Shown in pieces: positions 9,885 to 19,879 of a stretch of DNA of 64,000 nt. Within the stretch, counting starts at the first letter, position 1. Every line of letters begins with the position of its first letter. The notes under the pieces were generated by a model, which was not told the origin of the DNA, searched no databases, and worked only from the letters and a program-made list of their open reading frames with translations. Source of the stretch: Sulfurospirillaceae bacterium (GTDB lineage: Bacteria > Campylobacterota > Campylobacteria > Campylobacterales > Sulfurospirillaceae); the NCBI GenBank assembly GCA_033723415.1, contig JAWVXD010000002.1:128001-192000 (forward strand). The letters are read 5' to 3'. Position numbers and translations under genes: made by a program.

Positions 9885-12355
9885 TTTTCCGCACCTTTTA
9901 TAGTTACTTTTGAAAACCTATAGCCGTCTGTAAAAAACGGCATAACATCCAACTTTGTATCAAACGTAGGAAGATAAGGAATTTGTCCTTTTATCTGATG
10001 ATCCAGCTTCGTAGCAATGATCAGCTTTGCATCTCCGTTTGTTATCAACACAGGAGAACCGGCTTTGAGATCATGTTTTTCCAAGAAATCACTTGATACA
10101 TAAAGTGCACCTGCTTCATTTAGCTGATGAGCTTTATTTGTAAATGCACTAAACTGCATAACAGGATTTGCAAGATAGACAACCGTGCTATCTTCAAAGT
10201 CGATATCTTCTATCTTTTCTACATCATCACTCACCGCGCCAAGCTCTTTGTCATCTAGTAAGTACCCACGGTTTTCTAAGCCTGAATTTTCAAACTCATT
10301 TGGTAAAGAATCAAACTCTTCACTTTTATATAATTCTATAGAACTTAACTCTTTTGTATAATCAATCGTATTTTTGGCTTTTAATCCAAGAGCATTTGCA
10401 AGATCATTTAGACAATAACCTGCAAAAGGCACTGCTACATTTGTAGGGACAACTCTTTTATTCATAGAAGTAAATGTTCCCTCTTGCTGATTGAGGGCCG
10501 GCATATCCAGATCTGCTTTACCTAAAGCACTTAGCGTAAAATCAGCTTTTACATTGTATCCCAGTACTTTACTGCCTTCAGCCTCATCTAAATCACAAAT
10601 TAATGAAACACCCAAAGTATTTGTTTTTGACGGTATGATTAAAACATCAAAAGACGTATGTCTTTGAATTAGTCCTAATAGTTTTGATAGATTTGCTGCT
10701 CTTTTATGATTATATAAATCTTCTCCTGCTACAAGCGTAAAAGTATCTTTTTTATCTAGCATCTTCTCTAAAGTAGCGCTAAATTCTTCTTCGATGCCGA
10801 TGTTGTCAAAAAGTCTGTTGTAAACAACTTCGATCTCTTTTTCGACATTTTTGTTCACTTTTTTTACAACTTCTTTTTCTTCTCCGCTTTCTTCGTCTTT
10901 GACGATCTCTTTTACTTCTTCCTTAACTACTTCTGTAATAGTCTTTTTCTTTTTCTCATGAAAGCTCTCTAGATAATCTACCAAATCTTTTGATAATTCG
11001 TCTTTATTAGCAAATAGGTCCAAGACAAGATATAAGATGCTTTCTTCAACACCTACTTTATGGGCTACACTTGCAAAGTTTTTAGAGTAACCTTCAACTA
11101 CGCTGTCTGAAACAGGATGAAAATAAATTCCTGCCCCTTTATTCATGGTGACAGCATTATTGATCGCATATCCGACATTTGGATTATCTGTTTTAAATGC
11201 TGATCCGACACTTATTACAAAATTGCTGGCTCTTATCTTATTTAGATCAGCCGAATACAATGATTTTCCGCTGGTTGATCTAAACCCTTCCAAGAATTTT
11301 TTGTATGAAAAAGCGTCATGATTTACAAGTTTGTAACCAAATTTTTCTTTTAATCTTTGCAAGATAAGTGCTTCTTCATTGGTTATAAAGCTATCAAATT
11401 TGATAGTATCGGCACTCTCTTTCAAAAATTCGATCGCTTTTTTAAAAGCTTTTTCATCTTTTGCTTTTACTTCATTTTGAAAGTCGTATCCATACCTAAT
11501 CCCACCGTGAAGCGGAGCAAAGTTAAAATCACTGCTTACTCTGTATATCTTAGGATTTGGATTTTTTATATCAGTATGTTTTACGTCATAATAAATTAGT
11601 GAACAATCACTACTATGAGGATTTGAAGCAGGTATCTTTTTAAGCTCCCAAGCATTTGAAGTGTATTGGAAATCACTGCCTACAAGTGCTCCGACAGGAC
11701 AAACGGCAGTACATTCACCGCAATTTGTACAATCTAAACTGTCTGCATCGCTTGCTATACCTATCAAAGATTTTTGAAGCTTGTTCCACATCGCATATGT
11801 ATCTTTTGGTGCTTTATCTTTCCACTCTTTATCAAGTGCGTCTCCGCCTCTAGGAACGGTTTTGAGCGCCGCATCTCCGATCATATCCTTACATACAGTA
11901 ACACATCTCTCACAAACAATACATAAAGAAGAATCATAATGTATGAAACCCCAATCATGCGTCGGTCGGTGAGTATCGGCGATAGCAAAATCTTGTGTGT
12001 CGATGCCCATCTCAAGTGTATAGTTTTGAAGTTCACACTCTCCACTCTGATCACAAACTCCACACTCCAGCGGATGATTCAGATCATAGACCTTCATGAT
12101 GGCTTTTCGTTCAATCTCTATTTCTTCATTTTGAGTGATGACATCCATGCCATCCTTTGCTTTTGCATTGCACGAATATGCTCTTTTGCCATCTATCTCA
12201 ACCAAACACAACCTACAAGCTAATGTTGGAGAGCAGTTCGTTAAATAACACATAGCAGGTATGAAGATGTTATTTCTTCTAGCTATCTGAAGTATATATT
12301 CTCCCTCACTAGCTTCACATTTGATTCCATCAATAGTTACTGTAATATCACTCAT
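9881..12355 (-). CDS. nuoG: Complex I subunit G (epsilon type)
   Basis: CY...ACRLC, HPLECGVCDQSGEC, CIVCERCVTVC, CTNCGECTAVCP Fe-S motifs followed by a molybdopterin-enzyme-like fold. Confidence 0.95.
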   Translation of the reverse strand: MSDITVTIDGIKCEASEGEYILQIARRNNIFIPAMCYLTNCSPTLACRLCLVEIDGKRAYSCNAKAKDGMDVITQNEEIEIERKAIMKVYDLNHPLECGVCDQSGECELQNYTLEMGIDTQDFAIADTHRPTHDWGFIHYDSSLCIVCERCVTVCKDMIGDAALKTVPRGGDALDKEWKDKAPKDTYAMWNKLQKSLIGIASDADSLDCTNCGECTAVCPVGALVGSDFQYTSNAWELKKIPASNPHSSDCSLIYYDVKHTDIKNPNPKIYRVSSDFNFAPLHGGIRYGYDFQNEVKAKDEKAFKKAIEFLKESADTIKFDSFITNEEALILQRLKEKFGYKLVNHDAFSYKKFLEGFRSTSGKSLYSADLNKIRASNFVISVGSAFKTDNPNVGYAINNAVTMNKGAGIYFHPVSDSVVEGYSKNFASVAHKVGVEESILYLVLDLFANKDELSKDLVDYLESFHEKKKKTITEVVKEEVKEIVKDEESGEEKEVVKKVNKNVEKEIEVVYNRLFDNIGIEEEFSATLEKMLDKKDTFTLVAGEDLYNHKRAANLSKLLGLIQRHTSFDVLIIPSKTNTLGVSLICDLDEAEGSKVLGYNVKADFTLSALGKADLDMPALNQQEGTFTSMNKRVVPTNVAVPFAGYCLNDLANALGLKAKNTIDYTKELSSIELYKSEEFDSLPNEFENSGLENRGYLLDDKELGAVSDDVEKIEDIDFEDSTVVYLANPVMQFSAFTNKAHQLNEAGALYVSSDFLEKHDLKAGSPVLITNGDAKLIIATKLDHQIKGQIPYLPTFDTKLDVMPFFTDGYRFSKVTIKGAEK

Positions 12356-13164
12356 TAATTTTCTCGCTTAATAATTTTTGCTATTTTATAGTAATACGAT
12401 CCATCGCCATCAGCATTTGGCATTAATGCGACAGTGCCTTTAAGTTCATTATCCAACAAAAATTTTCTTGGATATTCCCCGGATTCTGTTATCACGAACA
12501 CTTCTTGATTATCTCCTATTTTGGCAGCTGTCATAAATTGACTTGAACCAAAGAGATATTCTTGTTCTTCGGCATCCAAACTAGGACAGGCATATACCAC
12601 ACACCCATCAAAACTGTGCAACTCTCCTATATCTTCTATCTCAAAATCATCACTTGCGCTTAACTGTATGCTCTCAGGTTTTGTGTAAATTTTAAACTTG
12701 CCGAACTTAACAAGCAAACTGATCAGTTTTGCTATGTTTTTATTTTTAGGGTGATTAAAAAGATCAGCTCCCACGATCATGATAGGGTTTTTAGTATTTT
12801 CGTATAAACTAAACATCTCTTCAATCTCTTCTTCTCCGACATTGCATTCAGCGCTTAGATACCCTTCATCTAAATTATCAAAAAAATCTTTTGTCTTGGC
12901 ATCTATTCCTTTGTTTGAAAGAAACTCTTTTGCCAAGATCGCCAACACGCCCTCTTCGCTGCCAGCTTCATATCTACTTTGAATTGTAGCGATTCCGGAC
13001 ATATTTACATCTTCTATAACATTTAGGTAAACTACATTTTTTTTATCTTTCAATAAAGAAAGCAATTCAACGTCTCTTGATGGCAATAATCCAATAACAA
13101 GAAAAAAATCACCATCTAGCTTGTCTGTAAAACTATCTTTATCTTTGATCTTCAAAAATGACAT
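12355..13164 (-). CDS. Campylobacterota complex I subunit replacing NuoF (NuoY/Cj1574c-like)
   Basis: Position between the NuoX-like gene and nuoG; YEAGSEEGVLA and YLSAECNVGEEE motifs; no FMN/NADH or Fe-S motifs. ATG at 13164 has a GAGGG SD; the ORF track extends to TTG at 13179. Confidence 0.8.
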   Translation of the reverse strand: MSFLKIKDKDSFTDKLDGDFFLVIGLLPSRDVELLSLLKDKKNVVYLNVIEDVNMSGIATIQSRYEAGSEEGVLAILAKEFLSNKGIDAKTKDFFDNLDEGYLSAECNVGEEEIEEMFSLYENTKNPIMIVGADLFNHPKNKNIAKLISLLVKFGKFKIYTKPESIQLSASDDFEIEDIGELHSFDGCVVYACPSLDAEEQEYLFGSSQFMTAAKIGDNQEVFVITESGEYPRKFLLDNELKGTVALMPNADGDGSYYYKIAKIIKREN

Positions 13165-13168
13165 AAAG

Positions 13169-13414
13169 TTATCCCTCAATCTTTGCCCCTGTATTCTTTT
13201 TAACGACTATAGTCCAATCAGCTTCATTGAATTTCAATGAATTCATAAGCTCATGACCTGCCTCTTTGATAACGTCCGCACTTTTTTGTATAGGCGAAAA
13301 ATCTCCAATTTCAAACATAAAGATCGAAACTTCGCCGTCTTTTGTCTCATCAACTATCTCAAGCATGCGATCATAGAACTTATCGCCCAAATGTCTCAAA
13401 TCATATCTTTGCAT
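13169..13414 (-). CDS. Campylobacterota complex I subunit replacing NuoE (NuoX/Cj1575c-like)
   Basis: 81 aa, MQRYDLRH...IFMFEIGDFS...MNSLKFN; directly after nuoD; no cysteines. Confidence 0.85.
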   Translation of the reverse strand: MQRYDLRHLGDKFYDRMLEIVDETKDGEVSIFMFEIGDFSPIQKSADVIKEAGHELMNSLKFNEADWTIVVKKNTGAKIEG

Positions 13415-13423
13415 CTACACTCC

Positions 13424-14650
13424 CTATCTGTCTATTTCGCCAAAGACGATATTTGAGTTACCGATGATAGTAACAACATCAGCCAAATAATGTCCCGGAA
13501 GCAATTCTTGTAAAATACTAGTATGCCAGAAACTTGGAGCTCTAAGTTTTAATCTATAAGGATAGGCTCCTCCTTGCGAATTTATATAAAAGCCCAATTC
13601 TCCTTTTGGAGATTCTGTTGGAACATATACTTCTCCGACAGGTGGTCTCATACCCTGTGTTACAAGAACAAAATGTTGCATCAAAGAGTAGTTTTGAGTC
13701 ATAATTTGCTCTTTTGGAGCAGATATGTATGCCGGAGCGTGTGCCATGATCTCAGGCTCACTTTTATAATACATCGGTATCAATTGTCTTATAATATGTG
13801 CACTTTGACGCATCTCTTCCATATGAAGTTTATACCTTCCGTAACTGTCAAATGTCATACTAACCGGCACATCAAACTCTACTTCATCATATAATTCATA
13901 AGGTTCTTCTTTTCTTATATCCCAAGCTATCCCGCTTCCTCGTAACATCGGTCCGCTGCATCCCCAGCTTTGTGCCATCTCAGGTGAGATAACGCCGATA
14001 TCTTCTAATCTCATTTTCCAAATACGGTTTTGGTCCAACAATCCCTCATAATCAGCTAGATTTGCTGGCAATTTGTCTATAAAATTACTTAATCCTGTTA
14101 TCCAATTATCAGGGAGATCAAGCGGCACGCCACCGATCCTGACTGAAGAGTGAGTCAATCTTGCACCACAGTATGCTTCGATCAGATCCATTGCATACTC
14201 TCTCTCACGAAATGCATACAAAAATATCGTCATAGCACCGACATCTAGGGCATGAGTTGCCAACCAGAATAGGTGTGATGTGATACGGTTTAGTTCCAAA
14301 AGCATCATTCTGATGACTTTAGCACGTCTTGGGACTTCAAGCCCGATGAGTGTTTCAACGGCAAGTGCAAATCCGTAATTATTTGAAGTCGCAGCGATAT
14401 AATCCATACGATCCGTTGTCGGCAAAAATTCATTGTAGATCATGTTTTCTGCCATTTTTTCCATACCGCGATGTAGATATCCGACATCAGGAACCGCTTT
14501 TGTGACCATTTCACCGTCTAACTCCAAGATAAGACGTAACTGTCCGTGTGAACTTGGATGCTGAGGACCAAAGTTAACGATCATATGATTGTCGTCCCGC
14601 TCAAAGACTAGATTTTCAAAAAATGGTTGTAGTCTATTTACTTTTTGCAT
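13424..14650 (-). CDS. nuoD: Complex I subunit D
   Basis: [25 protein letters not shown]-terminal GEIDR. Confidence 0.97.
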   Translation of the reverse strand: MQKVNRLQPFFENLVFERDDNHMIVNFGPQHPSSHGQLRLILELDGEMVTKAVPDVGYLHRGMEKMAENMIYNEFLPTTDRMDYIAATSNNYGFALAVETLIGLEVPRRAKVIRMMLLELNRITSHLFWLATHALDVGAMTIFLYAFREREYAMDLIEAYCGARLTHSSVRIGGVPLDLPDNWITGLSNFIDKLPANLADYEGLLDQNRIWKMRLEDIGVISPEMAQSWGCSGPMLRGSGIAWDIRKEEPYELYDEVEFDVPVSMTFDSYGRYKLHMEEMRQSAHIIRQLIPMYYKSEPEIMAHAPAYISAPKEQIMTQNYSLMQHFVLVTQGMRPPVGEVYVPTESPKGELGFYINSQGGAYPYRLKLRAPSFWHTSILQELLPGHYLADVVTIIGNSNIVFGEIDR

Positions 14651-14652
14651 AT

Positions 14653-15450
14653 CTATGGTCTCTCTTTTAAAGTTTTACTTGTATCTTTGCTCATTTTTTT
14701 AACCAAGAAAACACCACCCTCTTCTTGATAATCTGTTTTAACTATCTCTTGTGAAGGTTCAGCCCCAAATTCAACCTCATGATGAATTCTTGAGAAGTTA
14801 TATGTGTCACTCTCATCGATTCTGGCGCTGTCTCGATTTTCCGGTCCTATAATATCTCGATACTCTTTTCCGAAAATTTTATCTATCTCATACCAACTGG
14901 CTTCTTCATCTCCGTGAAGAGGATAAGTTTTACGAAGAGGATGTCCAAACCAATCATCAGGCATCAAGATTCTTTTCATATAATGATGTCCCGTGATAAT
15001 AACACCGAACATATCATACATCTCTCGCTCCGCCCAATCAGCACTTTTATATACGTTGGAAACGGTTCGGATCTCTCGTTTTTCCTTTATAAAAAACTTG
15101 ACTCTCATTCTTTTTCGTTTTGAGGTTGAGAGCATTTGGTAAAAAATTTCAAACTCTCCACTTTTTGCCAACCAATCTATAGCACTCAGTTCACTTAAAA
15201 AGTTATATTCCAGACTGTGTTTTAGAAAAGTCAAAACCTCGACATTATCACTTGCATTGATGTAAACTACAAGTTGACCTCTTTGAATATAAGCTTCTTT
15301 TATTTCAAAGATTTTTTTGAGTTCCATGACATCATTTGCGAATACTTCATCTGTTGAAACATCCAATTTCGGAACTTGAGGAGCTACCCAAAAGCGATCG
15401 GTGTAGTAAGGTTTTGGCTGTACGTCTTTTTTGTCTTGATATGGTCTCAT
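14653..15450 (-). CDS. nuoC: Complex I subunit C
   Basis: [23 protein letters not shown]. Confidence 0.96.
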   Translation of the reverse strand: MRPYQDKKDVQPKPYYTDRFWVAPQVPKLDVSTDEVFANDVMELKKIFEIKEAYIQRGQLVVYINASDNVEVLTFLKHSLEYNFLSELSAIDWLAKSGEFEIFYQMLSTSKRKRMRVKFFIKEKREIRTVSNVYKSADWAEREMYDMFGVIITGHHYMKRILMPDDWFGHPLRKTYPLHGDEEASWYEIDKIFGKEYRDIIGPENRDSARIDESDTYNFSRIHHEVEFGAEPSQEIVKTDYQEEGGVFLVKKMSKDTSKTLKERP

Positions 15451-15571
15451 TATACGCTCTCCTTTTTATTGAGCAGAGCCCAACAAAAATTCCTCTCACT
15501 GAAGCTACAGCTTTGCTGAGAGAAACTGCCTATTGTTTTAGAAAATTTTATATGTAGGCGTTTCATTATAC
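15447..15571. repeat. Short structured intergenic insertion between nuoB and nuoC, flanked by a 9-bp direct repeat; contains a 38-codon ORF (15450-15566, minus strand)
   Basis: TCATTATAC at 15447-15455 and 15563-15571; internal inverted repeats (CTCTCA..AAGCT/AGCTT..TGAGAG; GCCTA..TAGGC). Confidence 0.6.
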
Positions 15572-16075
15572 CAACCTCTTAGGTTTTAATTTTCTTGAAG
15601 CTCTCTCTTTCCTGATCTTCTTTTGTAAAATCATCAACGCATATTGCAGTGTTTCAGGGCGAGGAGCACAGCCAGGTAGATAAATATCTACTGGTATGAT
15701 ACGATCCGCTCCCTGAACTGTTGCATATGTATTAAACATACCGCCAGTATTTGCGCAACTTCCCATGCTGATGACCCACTTTGGTTCTGTCATCTGATCA
15801 TACAATCTTCTCATGAAGGGTGCATGCTTTTTTGTTAGAGTCCCTGCGATGATCAAAACATCGGACTGTCTTGGACTTGCTCTAAAAATAGTTCCAAATC
15901 TATCGAAGTCATATCTACTAGCACCTGTTGCCATCATTTCAATAGCGCAACATGCCAATCCATAAGTCATAGGCCAAAGAGAATTACTTCTTCCCCATTG
16001 GACTAATTTATCAACTGTAGTAAGAGCTATAGGAAGTCCGGCTTCTTGTAAGTAATTTATTTTATGCTGTGCCAT
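15566..16075 (-). CDS. nuoB: Complex I subunit B (cluster N2)
   Basis: [25 protein letters not shown]. Confidence 0.97.
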   Translation of the reverse strand: MAQHKINYLQEAGLPIALTTVDKLVQWGRSNSLWPMTYGLACCAIEMMATGASRYDFDRFGTIFRASPRQSDVLIIAGTLTKKHAPFMRRLYDQMTEPKWVISMGSCANTGGMFNTYATVQGADRIIPVDIYLPGCAPRPETLQYALMILQKKIRKERASRKLKPKRLV

Positions 16076-16455
16076 TCAAGCGCTCCTTTTTTCCAAGCAT
16101 ACACAAAGCCAATCGTTAGCAACAAAATGAAAAGTATCATCTCTACAAATCCGAACCAACCAAGAACTTTGAAATCAATAGCCCATGGAAACATAAAAAT
16201 GATCTCCACATCGAAAAGAACAAACAAAATAGCAAAGAGATAAAACTGTGCAGAGATTTTGTTGGGTTGCTTTGTGACTTCAGGCCCGCATTCGTAGATA
16301 GTTAATTTTAACTTTTCTGTATCCAGCCTTGCCATCTTTCTACTCACTGCTCTTGCTAATACAGTAATTCCGTAAAAAACAACTGTTGCAAACACAAGTA
16401 GGAAAAAGGCACCAAAATAAGGGTGAGTGAAATCCATATGCGACAATGGTGTCAT
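16057..16455 (-). CDS. nuoA: Complex I subunit A
   Basis: [24 protein letters not shown]. Confidence 0.96.
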   Translation of the reverse strand: MTPLSHMDFTHPYFGAFFLLVFATVVFYGITVLARAVSRKMARLDTEKLKLTIYECGPEVTKQPNKISAQFYLFAILFVLFDVEIIFMFPWAIDFKVLGWFGFVEMILFILLLTIGFVYAWKKGALEWHSIK

Positions 16456-16549
16456 GGAATATCCTTCTTTCTATAAAATTTAAATTTACATTTCGTCAAT
16501 GATATAAAAAACTTCTTTTAAACTTCCTTAGAGAAATTTTACATCATAT

Positions 16550-18283
16550 TTATTTCATAAACCCCATCGTCTTAGCCTCGCCGAAAGCGCCTTTTGTCTC
16601 TCTTTCAATGCTATTAATAAAATCTTCTATACTGAAGATGGGTTCATCTTTTATGGCAACACTTAGGGCAGTATTTTTCAACACTACCTTAATTTGTCCA
16701 CCGGTGAGTGGATAAGTTGCGAGTTTTTCTATAGTGAAATCTGCGCTGTAAAGGGCATTTTCCGGTAACATTTTCCTCCAAAGCTCAAGTCTTTGTTTTA
16801 GATTTGGTTTTGCAAATTCGATCTTATAATCAAACCGTCTTGAGAAAGCAGGATCTATGGTTTCTAGTAGATTTGTAGTAGCTATCAGTATACCCTCAAA
16901 TTTCTCTATTTGTTCCAAAAAAATATTTTGCATTTGATTATGCATCTTGTCTGCACTTGAGTTTGAGCCCACTCCTCGGGAGCTCAAGAACTGATCAGCT
17001 TCATTGAGTAACAAAAGTGGTTCACTTTTAGTTTTTTGGCAGAGGTCTTTATAAGTGTCAAAAATATTTCTGACATTTTTCTCACTCTCCCCTATGTATT
17101 TTGAAAGTATTTTAGAACAATCGAAGCTAAGTACTCTTTTCTTCATCGTCTTTGCTAACGACAGAGCCGTCATAGTTTTACCGGTTCCAGGAGGTCCATA
17201 AAAGATCACTCTGGCGTCTATTCCGCTTCTTCTCTCTTTAATTCCCCATTCACGGAGCAATCTTAATACCTTTGTATCTATCTGCTTTAGCAAATGATCC
17301 AATACTTCTCTTGTCTTTGGATGCAGGACAACGTCATTCATATTTGTTCTTGGATCTATTAGTTCAAATAACTCCTGCTCTTCTATCAACATATCCAATT
17401 TGATCTTTTTATTTTTCTTTTCTTTGTTTGGATGCATGATCTTTTGCAAAATATCTTCACTAATAAAAAAACTTCTTGAGACTCCTCCAAAATTATTGAG
17501 CATTTCATCATAATCTATCAGTAATGATTCGATCAATTTAGAGCCATCTTCCAATAGTGAACGGTTTTTTATCTTCTCATAATCATCAAAACTGATAAGA
17601 TTGATCAAATTATTCATATCTCTCAAACTCTCGAATTCACCGGAATATTCTTCTTTTAAAAGTGCTAAAAATATCAACTGTTCTTTTGGATTTAAGTCAT
17701 GTTCTTTAAAAATAGAATCTACGACTATATTGTCCTTTGTTGCTGTGATACGCTCATCAATCCTATTTTCTAATTCTTGCAGCCTGTTTTTGATCCTGCC
17801 TATACTTGGAGAATGCCCGGCTACGCTTTGTTTCAAGTGAGCCAATTTTTGGTATAGATCTATTCTTGAGAATTGATCTTTTAAATATTCCAAATGGTCT
17901 GCATAAGCAGTGATCTCAGGAAGCGTAAGCTCTAAAGTACCCTCTTCTAATATTTTAAGAAAAGCCGAACTGAGTGATACTGAGCTATTTAAGAGTTCAA
18001 GATTCGTTATCTCAGAAGCATTCACGTGCAAAAAGTTTTCTTGCGCTATCCAGCCTTGTTCCATCAAACTCTTTACTAAAGGCAGGCAGTCTAGATATTT
18101 TTGGTATTCGTTGGAGAAGACATCTTTAAGAATCTCCAAAACCATCACTTCTGAAGAACCGTTTATGTAGTTTTTAGCCAAATATTTGAGTATTAAAGCC
18201 TCTTCGATAGAGCACTTTAAGTACCCAAATATTTTACTGTCCTGTATGTTTTTATTTTCAAGAAAATCAATTAAATATTGCAA
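16550..18283 (-). CDS. AAA+ ATPase of a type conserved in Campylobacterota
   Basis: Walker A GPPGTGKT, SKYIGESEKN, variant Walker B LLLNEAD, second region of homology IDPAFSRRFD. Confidence 0.88.
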   Translation of the reverse strand: MQYLIDFLENKNIQDSKIFGYLKCSIEEALILKYLAKNYINGSSEVMVLEILKDVFSNEYQKYLDCLPLVKSLMEQGWIAQENFLHVNASEITNLELLNSSVSLSSAFLKILEEGTLELTLPEITAYADHLEYLKDQFSRIDLYQKLAHLKQSVAGHSPSIGRIKNRLQELENRIDERITATKDNIVVDSIFKEHDLNPKEQLIFLALLKEEYSGEFESLRDMNNLINLISFDDYEKIKNRSLLEDGSKLIESLLIDYDEMLNNFGGVSRSFFISEDILQKIMHPNKEKKNKKIKLDMLIEEQELFELIDPRTNMNDVVLHPKTREVLDHLLKQIDTKVLRLLREWGIKERRSGIDARVIFYGPPGTGKTMTALSLAKTMKKRVLSFDCSKILSKYIGESEKNVRNIFDTYKDLCQKTKSEPLLLLNEADQFLSSRGVGSNSSADKMHNQMQNIFLEQIEKFEGILIATTNLLETIDPAFSRRFDYKIEFAKPNLKQRLELWRKMLPENALYSADFTIEKLATYPLTGGQIKVVLKNTALSVAIKDEPIFSIEDFINSIERETKGAFGEAKTMGFMK

Positions 18284-18318
18284 AACTTACCTCTATTTTT
18301 TTATTTATGGTAGTTTTT

Positions 18319-19878
18319 CTATTTTGCAAAATCACCTTTTAAAATCTGCTCTTTCAAAACTCTTTTTAGGACTTTCCCTGTCGCATTTTTAGGCAATTCT
18401 TCTACCATATAGATGCTTTTTGGCACTTTAAAATTCGCCAAATGCAACTTTAGATATCTTTTTATATCCATTTCACCTAAAATTGTATCTTCTTTTGGTT
18501 GAATAAAAGCTATAACCTCTTCATCGTTATCCTTGTTCTTCAGACCGACTACTGCAGCAGAATCTACTCCCTCATACTTTAATATTAATTCTTCTATTTC
18601 TCTAGGGTAAATATTTATCCCCTTTGATATGATCAAATCTTTTTTTCGATCGACTATAAAGATATAGCCGTCTTCATCCATTTTCCCCAAATCTCCTGTT
18701 CTGAGCCAGCCGTTCATGATCGTCTCATCGGTTGCATCTGGACGGTTTAGATAACCTTGCATGACGTTATCGCCTTTGACGATAATCTCTCCTATATCTC
18801 CCAGTGGGAGCTCTACCATTTCATCATTTACGATCTTCACGCTATATCCAGGAAGTGCTGCTCCGACAGAGAGTGGCTTTTGTTTTTGCAAAGTGTTTGC
18901 TGCTACCACAGGCGAACATTCACTAAGTCCATATCCCTCTATAAGCGTTGATTTTTTAAATCTCTTCTTAAATGCCGTCAATGCCGCTTCGCTTAGAGGA
19001 GCGCCGCCTGATATAAAAAGTCTCACTTTGTGAAAATACATAAAATACCAAGGTATTTTAGCTTTTAAAAGTGATGTATAAAGAGTAGGCACACCCAAAA
19101 ATACGGTTACTCTTTTTAATAATACTTGTTTTAGCACATTTGCAAAAGGAAATATTGATCTAACGACAACGATAGATGAGCCGGTAAAAAGCGGCAATAA
19201 TACTGAAGTAGAGAGGGTAAAAGAGTGAAACATAGGTAGAAACACTATAAATCTATCTGTAGTACGCACACCAAATACTTCATTTGCCCCAACTGAGTTT
19301 GAGAGAATATTTCTAAAACTCAGCATTGCCCCTTTTGGCTTGCCTGTTGTTCCTGAAGTATATATGATACAAGCTAAATCATCCAAACCAGGATGCTCTT
19401 GAATCTCTTCATCGTTATCAAGAGTAGCTTCCATTTCTGCAAAGCTATAGTTTTTATCATCTAGTTTGTCATATTTTTCAGTCCATACTATTTTCTCTAT
19501 ATTGGTTGTATTTATGAGATTTTTTGTTTCTTTTGCGTAGGCGGTACCGCTTATAAGTAGTTTAGCCTCACAATCATTTACTATATATTCTAATTCTTCT
19601 CTTTTTAAGAAGGTATTGATCGGTACAGCGACTGCACCGATCTTTGTTATCGCAAACAATGAGACTATAAACTCTATAGAGTTGCCGACTATCATGGCAA
19701 CTCTATCTTCTTTTTTTATACCGCTGAACTCTAAAAATCTGGCAAATGTATCAATATCCTGCTTTAATCTTAAATTCGATATTTTTTTATCTTCTAAAAA
19801 TATCGCGATTTTGTTTGGAGCAAGTTTTGCATTATTTTGAATAATCTCATAAAAATTTTGATACTTATACTCTAACAT
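18319..19878 (-). CDS. fadD: Long-chain fatty acid--CoA ligase
   Basis: YTSGTTGKPKG, GYGLSE, GWLRTGDLG, PKNATGKV; next to FadL. Confidence 0.88.
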   Translation of the reverse strand: MLEYKYQNFYEIIQNNAKLAPNKIAIFLEDKKISNLRLKQDIDTFARFLEFSGIKKEDRVAMIVGNSIEFIVSLFAITKIGAVAVPINTFLKREELEYIVNDCEAKLLISGTAYAKETKNLINTTNIEKIVWTEKYDKLDDKNYSFAEMEATLDNDEEIQEHPGLDDLACIIYTSGTTGKPKGAMLSFRNILSNSVGANEVFGVRTTDRFIVFLPMFHSFTLSTSVLLPLFTGSSIVVVRSIFPFANVLKQVLLKRVTVFLGVPTLYTSLLKAKIPWYFMYFHKVRLFISGGAPLSEAALTAFKKRFKKSTLIEGYGLSECSPVVAANTLQKQKPLSVGAALPGYSVKIVNDEMVELPLGDIGEIIVKGDNVMQGYLNRPDATDETIMNGWLRTGDLGKMDEDGYIFIVDRKKDLIISKGINIYPREIEELILKYEGVDSAAVVGLKNKDNDEEVIAFIQPKEDTILGEMDIKRYLKLHLANFKVPKSIYMVEELPKNATGKVLKRVLKEQILKGDFAK

Positions 19879-19879
19879 T

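Noticed and set aside
15336..15557. 73-aa plus-strand ORF across the nuoB-nuoC gap
   Set aside because: Antisense to nuoC with no SD; the minus-strand coupled mini-ORF explains the gap better.
16510..16526. AACTTC repeated at 11-bp spacing upstream of nuoA
   Set aside because: Cannot be distinguished from the periodic AT-rich signal typical of Campylobacterota promoters.
16550..18283. AAA ATPase (also PIN-PhoH and patatin) as anti-phage defence components
   Set aside because: They sit in housekeeping contexts, lack partner defence genes, and match conserved chromosomal families.
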